Assembly: GCA_043809585.1 (NCBI GenBank)
Contig: JBDROZ010000050.1
Span: forward strand, 1 to 53,389
Origin: Candidatus Eiseniibacteriota bacterium
Lineage (GTDB): Bacteria; Orphanbacterota; Orphanbacteria; Orphanbacterales; Orphanbacteraceae
Direction of reading: 5' to 3'
Length of the DNA stretch: 53,389 bases
A model generated the notes under the pieces. It saw only the letters and a program-made list of their open reading frames with translations. It did no database searches and had not been told where the DNA came from. Both the position numbers and the translations under genes were made by a program. Position 1 is the stretch's first letter, and each line of letters begins with the position of its first letter. Positions 7,309 to 15,877 of this stretch are shown one piece after another.

Positions 7309-9519
7309 ATGACACCAGACAAGAAACGCATTCTCGATTTCGTCCGGCGGGAGTCGGACCATCCCATGAAGCCGAAAGAGATCGCCCTCGCCCTCGGGAT
7401 CCGGTCGTCCGGTTACGCCCGCTTCCGGCGGGCCCTCGAGGAGCTGATCGCGGAGGGCGGGCTCGTCCGGTTGAAACGGGGGGGCATCGGACCCGCGGAG
7501 CAGCTCGGCCTTCTCGTCGGCAAGGTCTCCGTCAATCGTCTTGGGACCGGATTCCTCGAGCGGGAGGGGGAGGAGGACCTCCGCATCCCCGCCCACGATC
7601 TCGGCACCGCCCTCGACGGCGACCAGGTGCTGGCCCGCCGAACCGGACACCGGGGGGGACGGGAGGAGGGGGCGGTCGTCCGGGTCCGGGAGAGGGCGCC
7701 GCGGAACATCGTCGGCGTCGTCTCCCGGGAGGGGGGCATCACCCACGTCCGGCCCGACAATCCGCGCATCCACCGGGACCTCTTCATTCCCGAGAATGAA
7801 AGGGGGGACGCCGAGGAGGGCCAGAAGGTGGTGGCGGCCCTCGTCCGCTGGGACGATCCCCACCGCAATCCGGAAGGGAAGATCACCGAAGTCCTCGGCG
7901 ACGTGGGCGAGCCGGGGGTCGACATGCGGGCGATCCTGAAGGAGCACGGGCTCCCCGAGGTGTTTCCGGGCGATGTCCTCTCGGAGGCGGAGCGGGCGGC
8001 GGCGGTCGACACGTCGGAGCAGCAGGCCCGCCGCCTCGACCTGACGGGAGAGTGCGTCTACACGATCGACCCCGCCGACGCGAAGGACCACGACGACGCG
8101 ATCTCCATCGAGCGGATCGAGGGGGGCTACCGTCTCGGCGTCCACATCGCCGACGTCTCCCATTACGTCGCTCCGGGAACCGCTCTCGATCGGGAGGCCT
8201 TCCACCGGGGGAACTCGGTCTACCTTCCGGGCATGGTGGTTCCCATGATCCCCGAGTCCCTCTCGAACGATGTCTGTTCGCTCCGCCCGAACCGGCGGCG
8301 CCTCGCCCACTCGGTCTTCATCGACTACGACCGGACGGGCAAGGCTCTGAAGTGGCGCTTCGAGGACACGGTGATCCGCTCGAAGGCGAAGCTCGCCTAC
8401 GAGGAAGTGCAGGAGTATTTCGACTCGGGCGTCCCGAAGGGGGGAATCGAGCGGGTCGCGGAGAGCCTCGACCTCGCCCGGGAACTCGCCCGGCTCCTCG
8501 CCCGGCGGCGCGCCGAGCAGGGCTCCCTCGACTTCGACCTCCCCGAGGCGAAGGTGATCCTGAACAAGAAGGGGGAGGTGATCGAACTCGGCCATCGGGT
8601 CCGGCTCGAGGCGCACCGCCTCATCGAGGAGTTCATGCTCGCCGCGAACCGGGCGGTCGCCTACGAGGTCGCCCGGAAAGGCCAGCCCTTCCTCTACCGG
8701 GTCCACGACAAGCCGGACATGGAGAGCATCGAGGCCTTCTCCCACATGATGCACCTCCTCGGTTATCCCTTCCCGGTGTCGAAGAACATGAAGCCCGCCC
8801 ACTTCTCCCGCTTCCTCGAGAGGATCAAGAACGCGCCCGAGTCGGACTTCATCCACGAGCTGATGCTCCGGACCATGCAGAAGGCGGTCTACCAGCGGGA
8901 GAACATCGGCCACTTCGGCCTCGCCTTCCGGCACTACACTCATTTCACGTCGCCGATCCGCCGCTACCCCGATCTCCTCGTCCACCGGCTCCTCCGGGAG
9001 CTGCGGGGCCGCGCCTCCTTCTCCCCCTCCTTCGCCCAGCGGATCACCCGGACCATCGACGCCGTGGGGACCCACTGCAGCGCCACGGAGCGGGCCGCCG
9101 AGGCGGCGGAGCGGCAGGCGGTGAAGGTGAAGCAGGTCCAGTACATGGCGAAGCACGTGGGGGAGGAGTTCGACGGGGTCATCTCGGGGACCACGCCCCA
9201 CGGTTTTTTCGTCCGTCTCGCGGGGCTCGGAGTGGACGGCATGGTCCGGCTCTCGTCGATCGATGACGACTACTACCGGTATGACGAGGACCGGAAGAAG
9301 CTCGTCGGCCGGCACGGCGGCCGTGCCTTCCGCATGGGCGACCCGATCCGGGTCGGCGTGGCCCGGGCGGACACCCTTCGAGGAGAGATCGATCTCTATC
9401 TTCCGGAGGAGGAGTCGAAAGTGGGGAAGGGCCGGAAGGGGAAGTCAAAGGCGAGGGCGAAGGTAAGGGATATCACCCCTCCGAAGAACATCGGCCGGGG
9501 CCGGAGAAGGAGGTCGTGA
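7309..9519 (+). CDS. rnr: Ribonuclease R
   Basis: TIDP.DAKD.DDA catalytic motif, GVHIADVS, EEFMLAAN, YTHFTSPIRRYPDL, S1 domain and basic C-terminal tail. Confidence 0.97.
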   Translation: MTPDKKRILDFVRRESDHPMKPKEIALALGIRSSGYARFRRALEELIAEGGLVRLKRGGIGPAEQLGLLVGKVSVNRLGTGFLEREGEEDLRIPAHDLGTALDGDQVLARRTGHRGGREEGAVVRVRERAPRNIVGVVSREGGITHVRPDNPRIHRDLFIPENERGDAEEGQKVVAALVRWDDPHRNPEGKITEVLGDVGEPGVDMRAILKEHGLPEVFPGDVLSEAERAAAVDTSEQQARRLDLTGECVYTIDPADAKDHDDAISIERIEGGYRLGVHIADVSHYVAPGTALDREAFHRGNSVYLPGMVVPMIPESLSNDVCSLRPNRRRLAHSVFIDYDRTGKALKWRFEDTVIRSKAKLAYEEVQEYFDSGVPKGGIERVAESLDLARELARLLARRRAEQGSLDFDLPEAKVILNKKGEVIELGHRVRLEAHRLIEEFMLAANRAVAYEVARKGQPFLYRVHDKPDMESIEAFSHMMHLLGYPFPVSKNMKPAHFSRFLERIKNAPESDFIHELMLRTMQKAVYQRENIGHFGLAFRHYTHFTSPIRRYPDLLVHRLLRELRGRASFSPSFAQRITRTIDAVGTHCSATERAAEAAERQAVKVKQVQYMAKHVGEEFDGVISGTTPHGFFVRLAGLGVDGMVRLSSIDDDYYRYDEDRKKLVGRHGGRAFRMGDPIRVGVARADTLRGEIDLYLPEEESKVGKGRKGKSKARAKVRDITPPKNIGRGRRRRS

Positions 9520-9615
9520 AGGGTAGACTTGTGATAAGACATCTCTTGTGTTGATCTAGATTATCTATTTCTGTCGAATCCCGCTCGTAACCCCTCCCAT
9601 CGCACACGATTCCTG

Positions 9616-9645
9616 TTGATTATCGCTGAACGCTTGTGGTATGAT
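9616..9645 (+). promoter_or_regulatory. Sigma70-type promoter
   Basis: TTGATT-18 nt-TATGAT with extended -10 TG, in an AT-rich intergenic patch. Confidence 0.6.
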
Positions 9646-9876
9646 GCTTCCAAGTTCCACCAGGCCGGTGGGAGGAGCACGCATCGTAGCTTCCTCGACC
9701 TCTGCGGATCGCGGGTCCCCCCGCCGCTCTGTTCGGAACGGTTCCGCGTGAACGTGCGGTCTCTCTCTTCGAAAGGAGAGACCTCGGGTAGTTCCGACTC
9801 CCTGTCGGCCCATGCCGAGGGGGACGCCCGGCTGTCTCGATCCCGCCCTCCAGGCATGGAGGGGAAGGAGGAAAGA

Positions 9877-10992
9877 ATGCGTTTTGCGACCAGTCTCCTG
9901 ATTCTGACGATCCTGCTCACGGCGGGGTTCGCCCAGGCGGATGACAAGGACAAACTCTGGGAGCCGCCCCTCGCGGGAGGGGTCCGGGCTCTCGACTGTT
10001 CCGCGGCGATTCCCATCGCCTGCGGTCAGGTCGTCACCGGCAATAACACCGGGATGCCGAACAACGTCTCCGCCTACTCCTGCGTCGGTTGGACCGAGGG
10101 GGGTGGCGAGGTGGTCTACGAGTTCGTCGTGGACGCGGTTTGCTACTCGGTATCCGCCACCCTTTCCGGCATGTCGGTGGACCTCGACGTGTTCGTGCTG
10201 AACGGCTGCGACGAGACCCAGTGCATCGCCTACGGGAACACGATTGCGACCACGGCCTGCCTGGAGCCGGGAACCTACTACATCGTTGTCGACGGGTACG
10301 GCACGGCCCAGGGCGCCTTCACTCTGACCGTCAGCTGCACCGAGTGCGAGTGCCCGGTTCCGCCGTGCGGTCCCAGCCCATTCGTTTGCGACGTGTTCGA
10401 CTTCAACGATTCCGACAACGGCGTGATCACCGCCCCGTGCGGCGGCGCCTCCGTCTGGCAGTGGGGCGCCCTGTCGAACCCGGACGTTCCGAGCGTCGCC
10501 TGCAACGACGTGACCGTGACGAACGTGCTCGGCACCGTCGTGAACGGGGATTACGGGAACTTGGCCGGCGAGACCGCCGTACTCGGCCCGTACTCTCTCG
10601 GCGAGAACTGCTTCTGCCTCGAGCTCTGCCATTACTACGACACGGAAAACCGCTATGACGGCGGCAACTTGAAGATCTCCACCGACGGAGGCATGACCTG
10701 GACGCTTCTCGTCCCGTCCCGCCTGTACGACGCGGTCGGGTACACCTACCAGCCCTGCGTCCCGGGCGAGGCTGTCTTCACGGGCCACCAGTTCGCCACG
10801 ACGTGGCTCACGGACTACTTTGACGTGAGCAACTACGTCGGCCAGGACGTCTGGCTCGGGTTCCACTTCGGCTCGGATAGCTCGGTCGGGAGCTACGCCG
10901 GCTGGTACATCAAGTGGGTGAAGTTCGGAGGCGACGGGCCGACTTCGACCCAGGACAAGAGCTGGGGCGGGGTGAAGTCCCTGTTCCGGTAG
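9877..10992 (+). CDS. Secreted Cys-rich protein (PPC-like domain plus jelly-roll domain) with a C-terminal SWGGVKSLFR tail
   Basis: RBS AAGGAGG; signal peptide ending AQA; LEPGTYYIVVDGY (PPC-like); YDGGNLKISTDGG..W and FGSDSSV...GWYI (jelly-roll type seen in immune-inhibitor-A/MAM-like domains). Confidence 0.8.
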   Translation: MRFATSLLILTILLTAGFAQADDKDKLWEPPLAGGVRALDCSAAIPIACGQVVTGNNTGMPNNVSAYSCVGWTEGGGEVVYEFVVDAVCYSVSATLSGMSVDLDVFVLNGCDETQCIAYGNTIATTACLEPGTYYIVVDGYGTAQGAFTLTVSCTECECPVPPCGPSPFVCDVFDFNDSDNGVITAPCGGASVWQWGALSNPDVPSVACNDVTVTNVLGTVVNGDYGNLAGETAVLGPYSLGENCFCLELCHYYDTENRYDGGNLKISTDGGMTWTLLVPSRLYDAVGYTYQPCVPGEAVFTGHQFATTWLTDYFDVSNYVGQDVWLGFHFGSDSSVGSYAGWYIKWVKFGGDGPTSTQDKSWGGVKSLFR

Positions 10993-11015
10993 GCTTCGGT
11001 TCGATTCGTGAACCC

Positions 11016-11050
11016 AAGGGGGGCGCTCTTCGGAGCGCCCTCCTTCTTTG
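11016..11050 (+). terminator. Intrinsic terminator
   Basis: 13-bp stem aaggggggcgctc/gagcgccctcctt with a UUCG loop and a pyrimidine/T-rich tail, just after the stop codon. Confidence 0.7.
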
Positions 11051-11126
11051 TATGGGCGCCCCGGCCCGGCGCGGAGGCGGAGGCCGGCGTCAATTCTGCA
11101 GAAACTGCGGCCCTGAATTCGCTGGG

Positions 11127-11261
11127 CGGGAGCCAGGGGGGCAGGGCTGGCTTGCTCAAACAGTCCTCGCGCGCCGGCCCAGGCGTCCGGGCATCCCGGC
11201 ACACAGGGTGAGGCCGGCGCGCTGCGGAACTCGCCGCTCAGCCCCGCCCCCCCGTCTCCCG
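11127..11261 (-). repeat. Structured hairpin repeat, family B, copy 1
   Basis: GCTCAAACAGTCCTCGCGC...GCGCGCTGCGGAACTCGCCG flanked by inverted arms; the same motifs occur at 31238-31367. Confidence 0.8.
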
Positions 11262-11293
11262 ATTCGGCCCGAGACGTGCGGCTCCATCAGGAA

Positions 11294-12685
11294 TCAGAGC
11301 CGGCTCCTTGGCTCCTCCACCCGGCCGAGCCACTTCCGCGCGGCGACGAGGCCGATCGGAGTCGCGAGGGCGGTGAGGCCGTAGATCAGCCAGAGCGTGC
11401 CCGGGTCCTGGGGACCCGAGACCGGCACGTACTTCTCGAGCATGCTCCCCGCATAGAATCCCGTCACCGTCTTCGCGAGGAACCAGGGGATCCCGGCGAT
11501 CCCCATGTAGATGCCGACCCGGTGGGCGGGGGCGAGGTTCGCCACGTACTCGAGGAACCGGGAGGACCAGATCGCCTCGCCGAGGCTCCAGATCACCATG
11601 TAGGCGACGAGGAGCGTCACGCTCGTCTCGGGCACGAGGATGAACGAAGCGAGGGCGCTCACCGTGGTCCCCGCGATCATCATGTTCAGCACCTTCCGCC
11701 GCTGGGTGAACGCGGCGATGAGGGGGACGCCGATGACGATCACCGCCGGGTTGATCGCGTACACCCATTCCCAGTAGCGCCCGACCTCGGGGGGGAAGGC
11801 GCGGGTCACGTAGTCGGGCATGGTCAGGAACTGGTGGGCGAAAAGGGTCCGCACCGGAAGCAGGATAAAGATGAAAAAAAGGAACCGGGCGTCCATGATC
11901 GGGAGGGACCGGAGCTTCCGCCAGAACGAGAGATGGGCGTCCTCCTCCGGCTTCTCGACGACCGACCGGTCCCGCTCCTCCACCTTCTTCGTGAAGGCGA
12001 AGAGGTTCACGAGGAGCACGATCGCCGTGATGCCGATGAAGAACCAATAAGATCCGCTGATCCCCGCCGTGGGGACCTCGTTCACGTCGACCCCTTCGAT
12101 CCAGGCGGCCCACTTCTCCCGCACGAAGGGGGAGAGGAGCTCGCCCACCACGATCCCGAGGTTCATGATCGAGTAAAGGAAGGCGTAGCCGAGGGTCGCC
12201 GCCCGCGAGTCCGTGTACTCTTTGACGCCCGAGTAGAGGGCCGGCTGGACGATGCCCTCCCCCGCGGCCATCACCACGAGGCTCGCCCACGCCACCGCCT
12301 GGACCAGAAACTCGGCGCCGAGTCCGGGGCTCCCCACGAGAAGGACCCGGCCGACGAGGATGATGAACATGGAGAGGCTGAGCGCGCGGCGGACGCCGAG
12401 ACGGTCCGAGATCCAGCCGCCGCCGAGGGCCATGGTGAGCGTCACGAGCCCGGAGAAGAGCGACACGCCCATCGTCGCGCCGCCGGTGGTGAAGCCCGCA
12501 TTCTTCTGGAGGAAGAGTGTCAGGAGCCCGAGGAAACCGAAGTAGGCGATGCCGTCGCCGAAGTTGACCGAGTTGACGAGCCAGAACCCCCGGGAGGCGC
12601 GGCCGAAGGTCCTGAGGTTGTCCATGAGGCCGGGTGCTCCTCCCTGCCCGGCTCCGCTCTCGAGCGACTTCGTCTCTTCGGGCAT
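11294..12685 (-). CDS. MFS transporter, POT/peptide-transporter-like
   Basis: About 12 hydrophobic segments; GGWISDRLGVRR motif A; FLYSIMNLG resembles the PTR2 motif. Alternative start at 12694. Confidence 0.88.
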   Translation of the reverse strand: MPEETKSLESGAGQGGAPGLMDNLRTFGRASRGFWLVNSVNFGDGIAYFGFLGLLTLFLQKNAGFTTGGATMGVSLFSGLVTLTMALGGGWISDRLGVRRALSLSMFIILVGRVLLVGSPGLGAEFLVQAVAWASLVVMAAGEGIVQPALYSGVKEYTDSRAATLGYAFLYSIMNLGIVVGELLSPFVREKWAAWIEGVDVNEVPTAGISGSYWFFIGITAIVLLVNLFAFTKKVEERDRSVVEKPEEDAHLSFWRKLRSLPIMDARFLFFIFILLPVRTLFAHQFLTMPDYVTRAFPPEVGRYWEWVYAINPAVIVIGVPLIAAFTQRRKVLNMMIAGTTVSALASFILVPETSVTLLVAYMVIWSLGEAIWSSRFLEYVANLAPAHRVGIYMGIAGIPWFLAKTVTGFYAGSMLEKYVPVSGPQDPGTLWLIYGLTALATPIGLVAARKWLGRVEEPRSRL

Positions 12686-12896
12686 GGGCGGCATCCCCCC
12701 TTTCCGGAAACGGGATCAAACGGCGCGATTTTCCGGCGATTGTGCCTCTCCCCGCGGTTCCCGTCCAGCGCCGAACTCAGGCCCGGGCGGCCCGTCCCCG
12801 TCATGCCGGGAAACCGGCCGGCAAAGGGGTACCACGAAGGGGGCGGGTCAGGCAGCATCTTCCGGGCGTCGATAGATTCTCTTTCGGGATGGACTC

Positions 12897-13040
12897 ATGA
12901 AACGAAACCGCGCGGTCGACCGGCTCGCCGCTCTGGCGGCGCTGATCCTCGCCGCCGCCAGCGTGGGGATCGGCGACGCGGACAAAGCCCCCCTCCACCT
13001 GCTCCTCGCCCGCGCTCTCCGACGGATCGCGGAGCGCTGA
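12897..13040 (+). CDS. Possible 47-aa small protein with a signal-peptide-like N-terminus
   Basis: MKRNRAVDRLAALAALILAAASVGIGDADKAPLHLLLARALRRIAER*, preceded by GGATGGA; lies in an intergenic gap. Confidence 0.35.
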   Translation: MKRNRAVDRLAALAALILAAASVGIGDADKAPLHLLLARALRRIAER

Positions 13041-13149
13041 TCCGGACCCCACCCGGCGGCCCGGACGGGCAGTCCCGTCACCACGGGAAACGGCCGCCCT
13101 CGCCGGTTCGAAGGCGGCCGCCCCGTCGTCCGGGTTCCGCTCGGCGGGT

Positions 13150-15639
13150 CTAACGGATGAGGATCATCTTCTTCGTGTGCGTCTCCCCGCCGGCGGTCAG
13201 CCTATAGAAATAGACGCCCGAGGCGCCGGGGTCGCCGGTCGAAGACCGTCCGTCCCAGAGGACGTCGTGTTCGCCCGCGTCGAGCATCCCCCGCTGGAGT
13301 GTGCGGACCAGGCGCCCCGAGATGTCGTAGACCGAGAGATCGACCTCCTGCCTCTCGGGGAGGGCGAAGGAGATCGACGTCGTCGGGTTGAAGGGATTCG
13401 GCCGGTTGTTCCGGAGGACCAGCCGGGGGGGGGCGTCTCCGCCGTCGGAGCCGGACCCCCCGCCACCCTCGACGCCCGTATACACCGAGGCGTACCAGAT
13501 CGTGAGGAACGGGCGCCGCGCCGCCTCGTACCACTCCTTGCTGTAGTACTCGGCGACGCAATTCGTCCCCTCGGGGGGAGAGCCGCTTCGAAGCACGAGC
13601 GTGACGTTCCCGTCCACCGTCCCCCGGACGTCGCCGGTCACGTCCCAGGTGTACGGCCCGGGCGAGGTCATCCGCTGGCGATCCGACGCGTACGGCTTGA
13701 ACATGGTCGGGGCGTTGTTCCACGTGATCGTGTTCTCGTCCCAGACGTCCACTCCTTCCTCGTAGACGTCGATGTAGTAGGACGACCCGCAGCTGACGCT
13801 CATCAGCTCCACGGTCAGGCCGGCCGCGACAACGTCGGTTCCCGGAGGCGTTTCCGGTCCGATGTAGAACTTCAGGTAGCTCCGGGCGATCGAACCCGGG
13901 CCCGAGTAGCCCCCCACGACGAGCCAGTTCGGGTTGGCGGCGCCGAAGGGCGTGTTGGGATTGAAGGACTCGACGAAGGCGTCGTCCGCCGGATCGATGG
14001 TGACGCGCGTGAGTTCCCTGGGAATGCAGATCTGCTCGGGCGCCCAGCCCGACTCCATGAATCCGGCGTCGATCGCCTTCACGCTCCAGTAATAGGTCTG
14101 CACCGGAAGCCCGGAGAGCGTGACCTCCTTCGACTGGCCCGCGTTTCCCATGAGGGGCGTCGAGTAGGTGCCGGAGACGACATCGTCCGCGCCCGGGGAA
14201 GTGCCGACCCGGAGTAGGTAGTAGAGGCCGGCGGATTGGGTCTCCGCGTCGGAGGCGCCGTCCCATGAGAAGACGACATCGTCGGGCCAGCCGAACGGGG
14301 AGACATACTGATGGGACTCGAATGTCGTCGGCGCCGTGGGCGCCGTATTGGCCGCGCCGCCCGTCTTCTCGTAGAGCCTCGCGTATTTCGGCGTCCAATT
14401 CGCGCCGGTGACGAAGAAATCCAGATCGCCGTCCCGATCGGCGTCGGCGAAGCTGACGGAACCTTCTCTCACTCCCGGGAAACCGAAGCCGCACGGAGCG
14501 AAACCACCGTTGTCGTTCTCGAGGACGTCCGTCATGAGCGATCCGCCGTCGTACCCGCAGAACGCGACGTCGAGGTCGCCGTCGTTGTCGTAGTCCCCCC
14601 AGGCGCAGGAGCTCCGGTAGATCTGCCACGGCTCGGCGATAGAATCGAGCACGCCGCCTCCGTCATTGGCGTAGATCAACGCGTGCATCGGACCGCCGAC
14701 GCCGGACTCGCCGGTGACCACCAGGTCGAGGTCGCCGTCGTTGTCGCAGTCCCCCCAGGCGGCGTCGGAGAAGACGAAACCGGGGAGGCCGTGGCTCCCG
14801 TCGTTCGTCAGGCCGAGAAGCGGGTCGTTCTCGTAGAAGATGGTGGTCCGGGTCGATCCGTTCGCGCCGGTCACGAGCAGGTCGAGATAACCATCCCCGT
14901 TCCAGTCGGCCCAGTCCGCCGACCCGCTGTGGAGCCCGCCGAACGCCGTGTGGAAGACGAGAGTGCCGGGCGGGTCGTTTTCGTAGAGAACCGCCGTTGC
15001 GGCCGTTCCGTCATGGCCCTGGAGGTAGAGATCGAGATCGCCGTCCCGGTCGAAGTCGCCCCACGCGAGTGAGGCATTGGCGACCCGAGCCAGGACCTGG
15101 GTCCCGTCGTGCGACAGGTTTCCGGAACCGTCATTCTCGAAGACCATCGCGACACGGCCCGTGTCGGCCGTTCCCGCCATGGCGAGGTCGAGATCTCCGT
15201 CGAGGTCGTAATCGCCCCAGGAGACGCAACCGCTTCCCGCACCGTCGATCCCGACGAGCTCCTGCCGGAGGAGGAGGGAGTCGATCCGGTTCTCGTAGGT
15301 GCGGGTCACTCTCCCCGTGTCCGTTTCGCCGGAGACGATCAGGTCGAGATCCCCGTCGCCGTCGAAATCCCCCCAGGCCGCGTCGCTGTCGATGACGCCG
15401 GTCAGGCTCTGCCGCGCCTCGTAGGCGTCCGGCAACCGGGTCGCGTCCCGCGCGCCCCGCACCTCCATGATCTCGGCCCGGTCGGCCGCTCCGGGGACCG
15501 GGGTCAGGCCGAGAGCGAGGAGGAGCGAAGGGACCACCCCGAAGATCCGGTGCATCCGGGAATGGATCCCGTGACCGCGGGGAAGGCTCCGGTTCACGGT
15601 CGAAGGAGCGCTGGGTCCGGCGAGTTTCTTTCGGTCCAT
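13150..15639 (-). CDS. Secreted FG-GAP/VCBS repeat protein with FN3-like, DNRLRE-like and FlgD-Ig/T9SS-like domains
   Basis: About 7 WGD.D.DGDLDL repeats; YYWSVKAID; DDAFV...RSYLKF...W.E.TITWNNAP; NRPNPFNPTT...SGVYFYRL. RBS AAAGGAGG. Confidence 0.88.
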   Translation of the reverse strand: MDRKKLAGPSAPSTVNRSLPRGHGIHSRMHRIFGVVPSLLLALGLTPVPGAADRAEIMEVRGARDATRLPDAYEARQSLTGVIDSDAAWGDFDGDGDLDLIVSGETDTGRVTRTYENRIDSLLLRQELVGIDGAGSGCVSWGDYDLDGDLDLAMAGTADTGRVAMVFENDGSGNLSHDGTQVLARVANASLAWGDFDRDGDLDLYLQGHDGTAATAVLYENDPPGTLVFHTAFGGLHSGSADWADWNGDGYLDLLVTGANGSTRTTIFYENDPLLGLTNDGSHGLPGFVFSDAAWGDCDNDGDLDLVVTGESGVGGPMHALIYANDGGGVLDSIAEPWQIYRSSCAWGDYDNDGDLDVAFCGYDGGSLMTDVLENDNGGFAPCGFGFPGVREGSVSFADADRDGDLDFFVTGANWTPKYARLYEKTGGAANTAPTAPTTFESHQYVSPFGWPDDVVFSWDGASDAETQSAGLYYLLRVGTSPGADDVVSGTYSTPLMGNAGQSKEVTLSGLPVQTYYWSVKAIDAGFMESGWAPEQICIPRELTRVTIDPADDAFVESFNPNTPFGAANPNWLVVGGYSGPGSIARSYLKFYIGPETPPGTDVVAAGLTVELMSVSCGSSYYIDVYEEGVDVWDENTITWNNAPTMFKPYASDRQRMTSPGPYTWDVTGDVRGTVDGNVTLVLRSGSPPEGTNCVAEYYSKEWYEAARRPFLTIWYASVYTGVEGGGGSGSDGGDAPPRLVLRNNRPNPFNPTTSISFALPERQEVDLSVYDISGRLVRTLQRGMLDAGEHDVLWDGRSSTGDPGASGVYFYRLTAGGETHTKKMILIR

Positions 15640-15877
15640 GATCTTCCCTCCTTTGGACTCGGGAGTTCCCGGCTCGGGACGGTGCGACATCTTTCGGCCC
15701 GTTCGCATTCCGCGGTCCCCCGAGAAGCCCCGCCCCCGGACGGGGTCCCGTCCGGGAGGTTCTACCCGGTCATTCCCGGAGGAGCCGCGGATCTAACAGG
15801 TTTCTCGATGGTCCCCGGTCGCGGTGGTTTCGCCGGGGAGGGGCGGGAGGGAAGGGAGGCCGACGGGAGGGGACCGG

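Noticed and set aside
12795-12865. GCCGG-GAAA-CCGGC..GCAAAG resembling a c-di-GMP-I riboswitch
   Set aside because: Lacks the GGCAAAC 5' element and a convincing second stem; an Rfam scan would be needed.
13038-13160. Possible second UGA read-through after the small ORF
   Set aside because: No nearby Cys, the extension is low-complexity and runs into the convergent gene.
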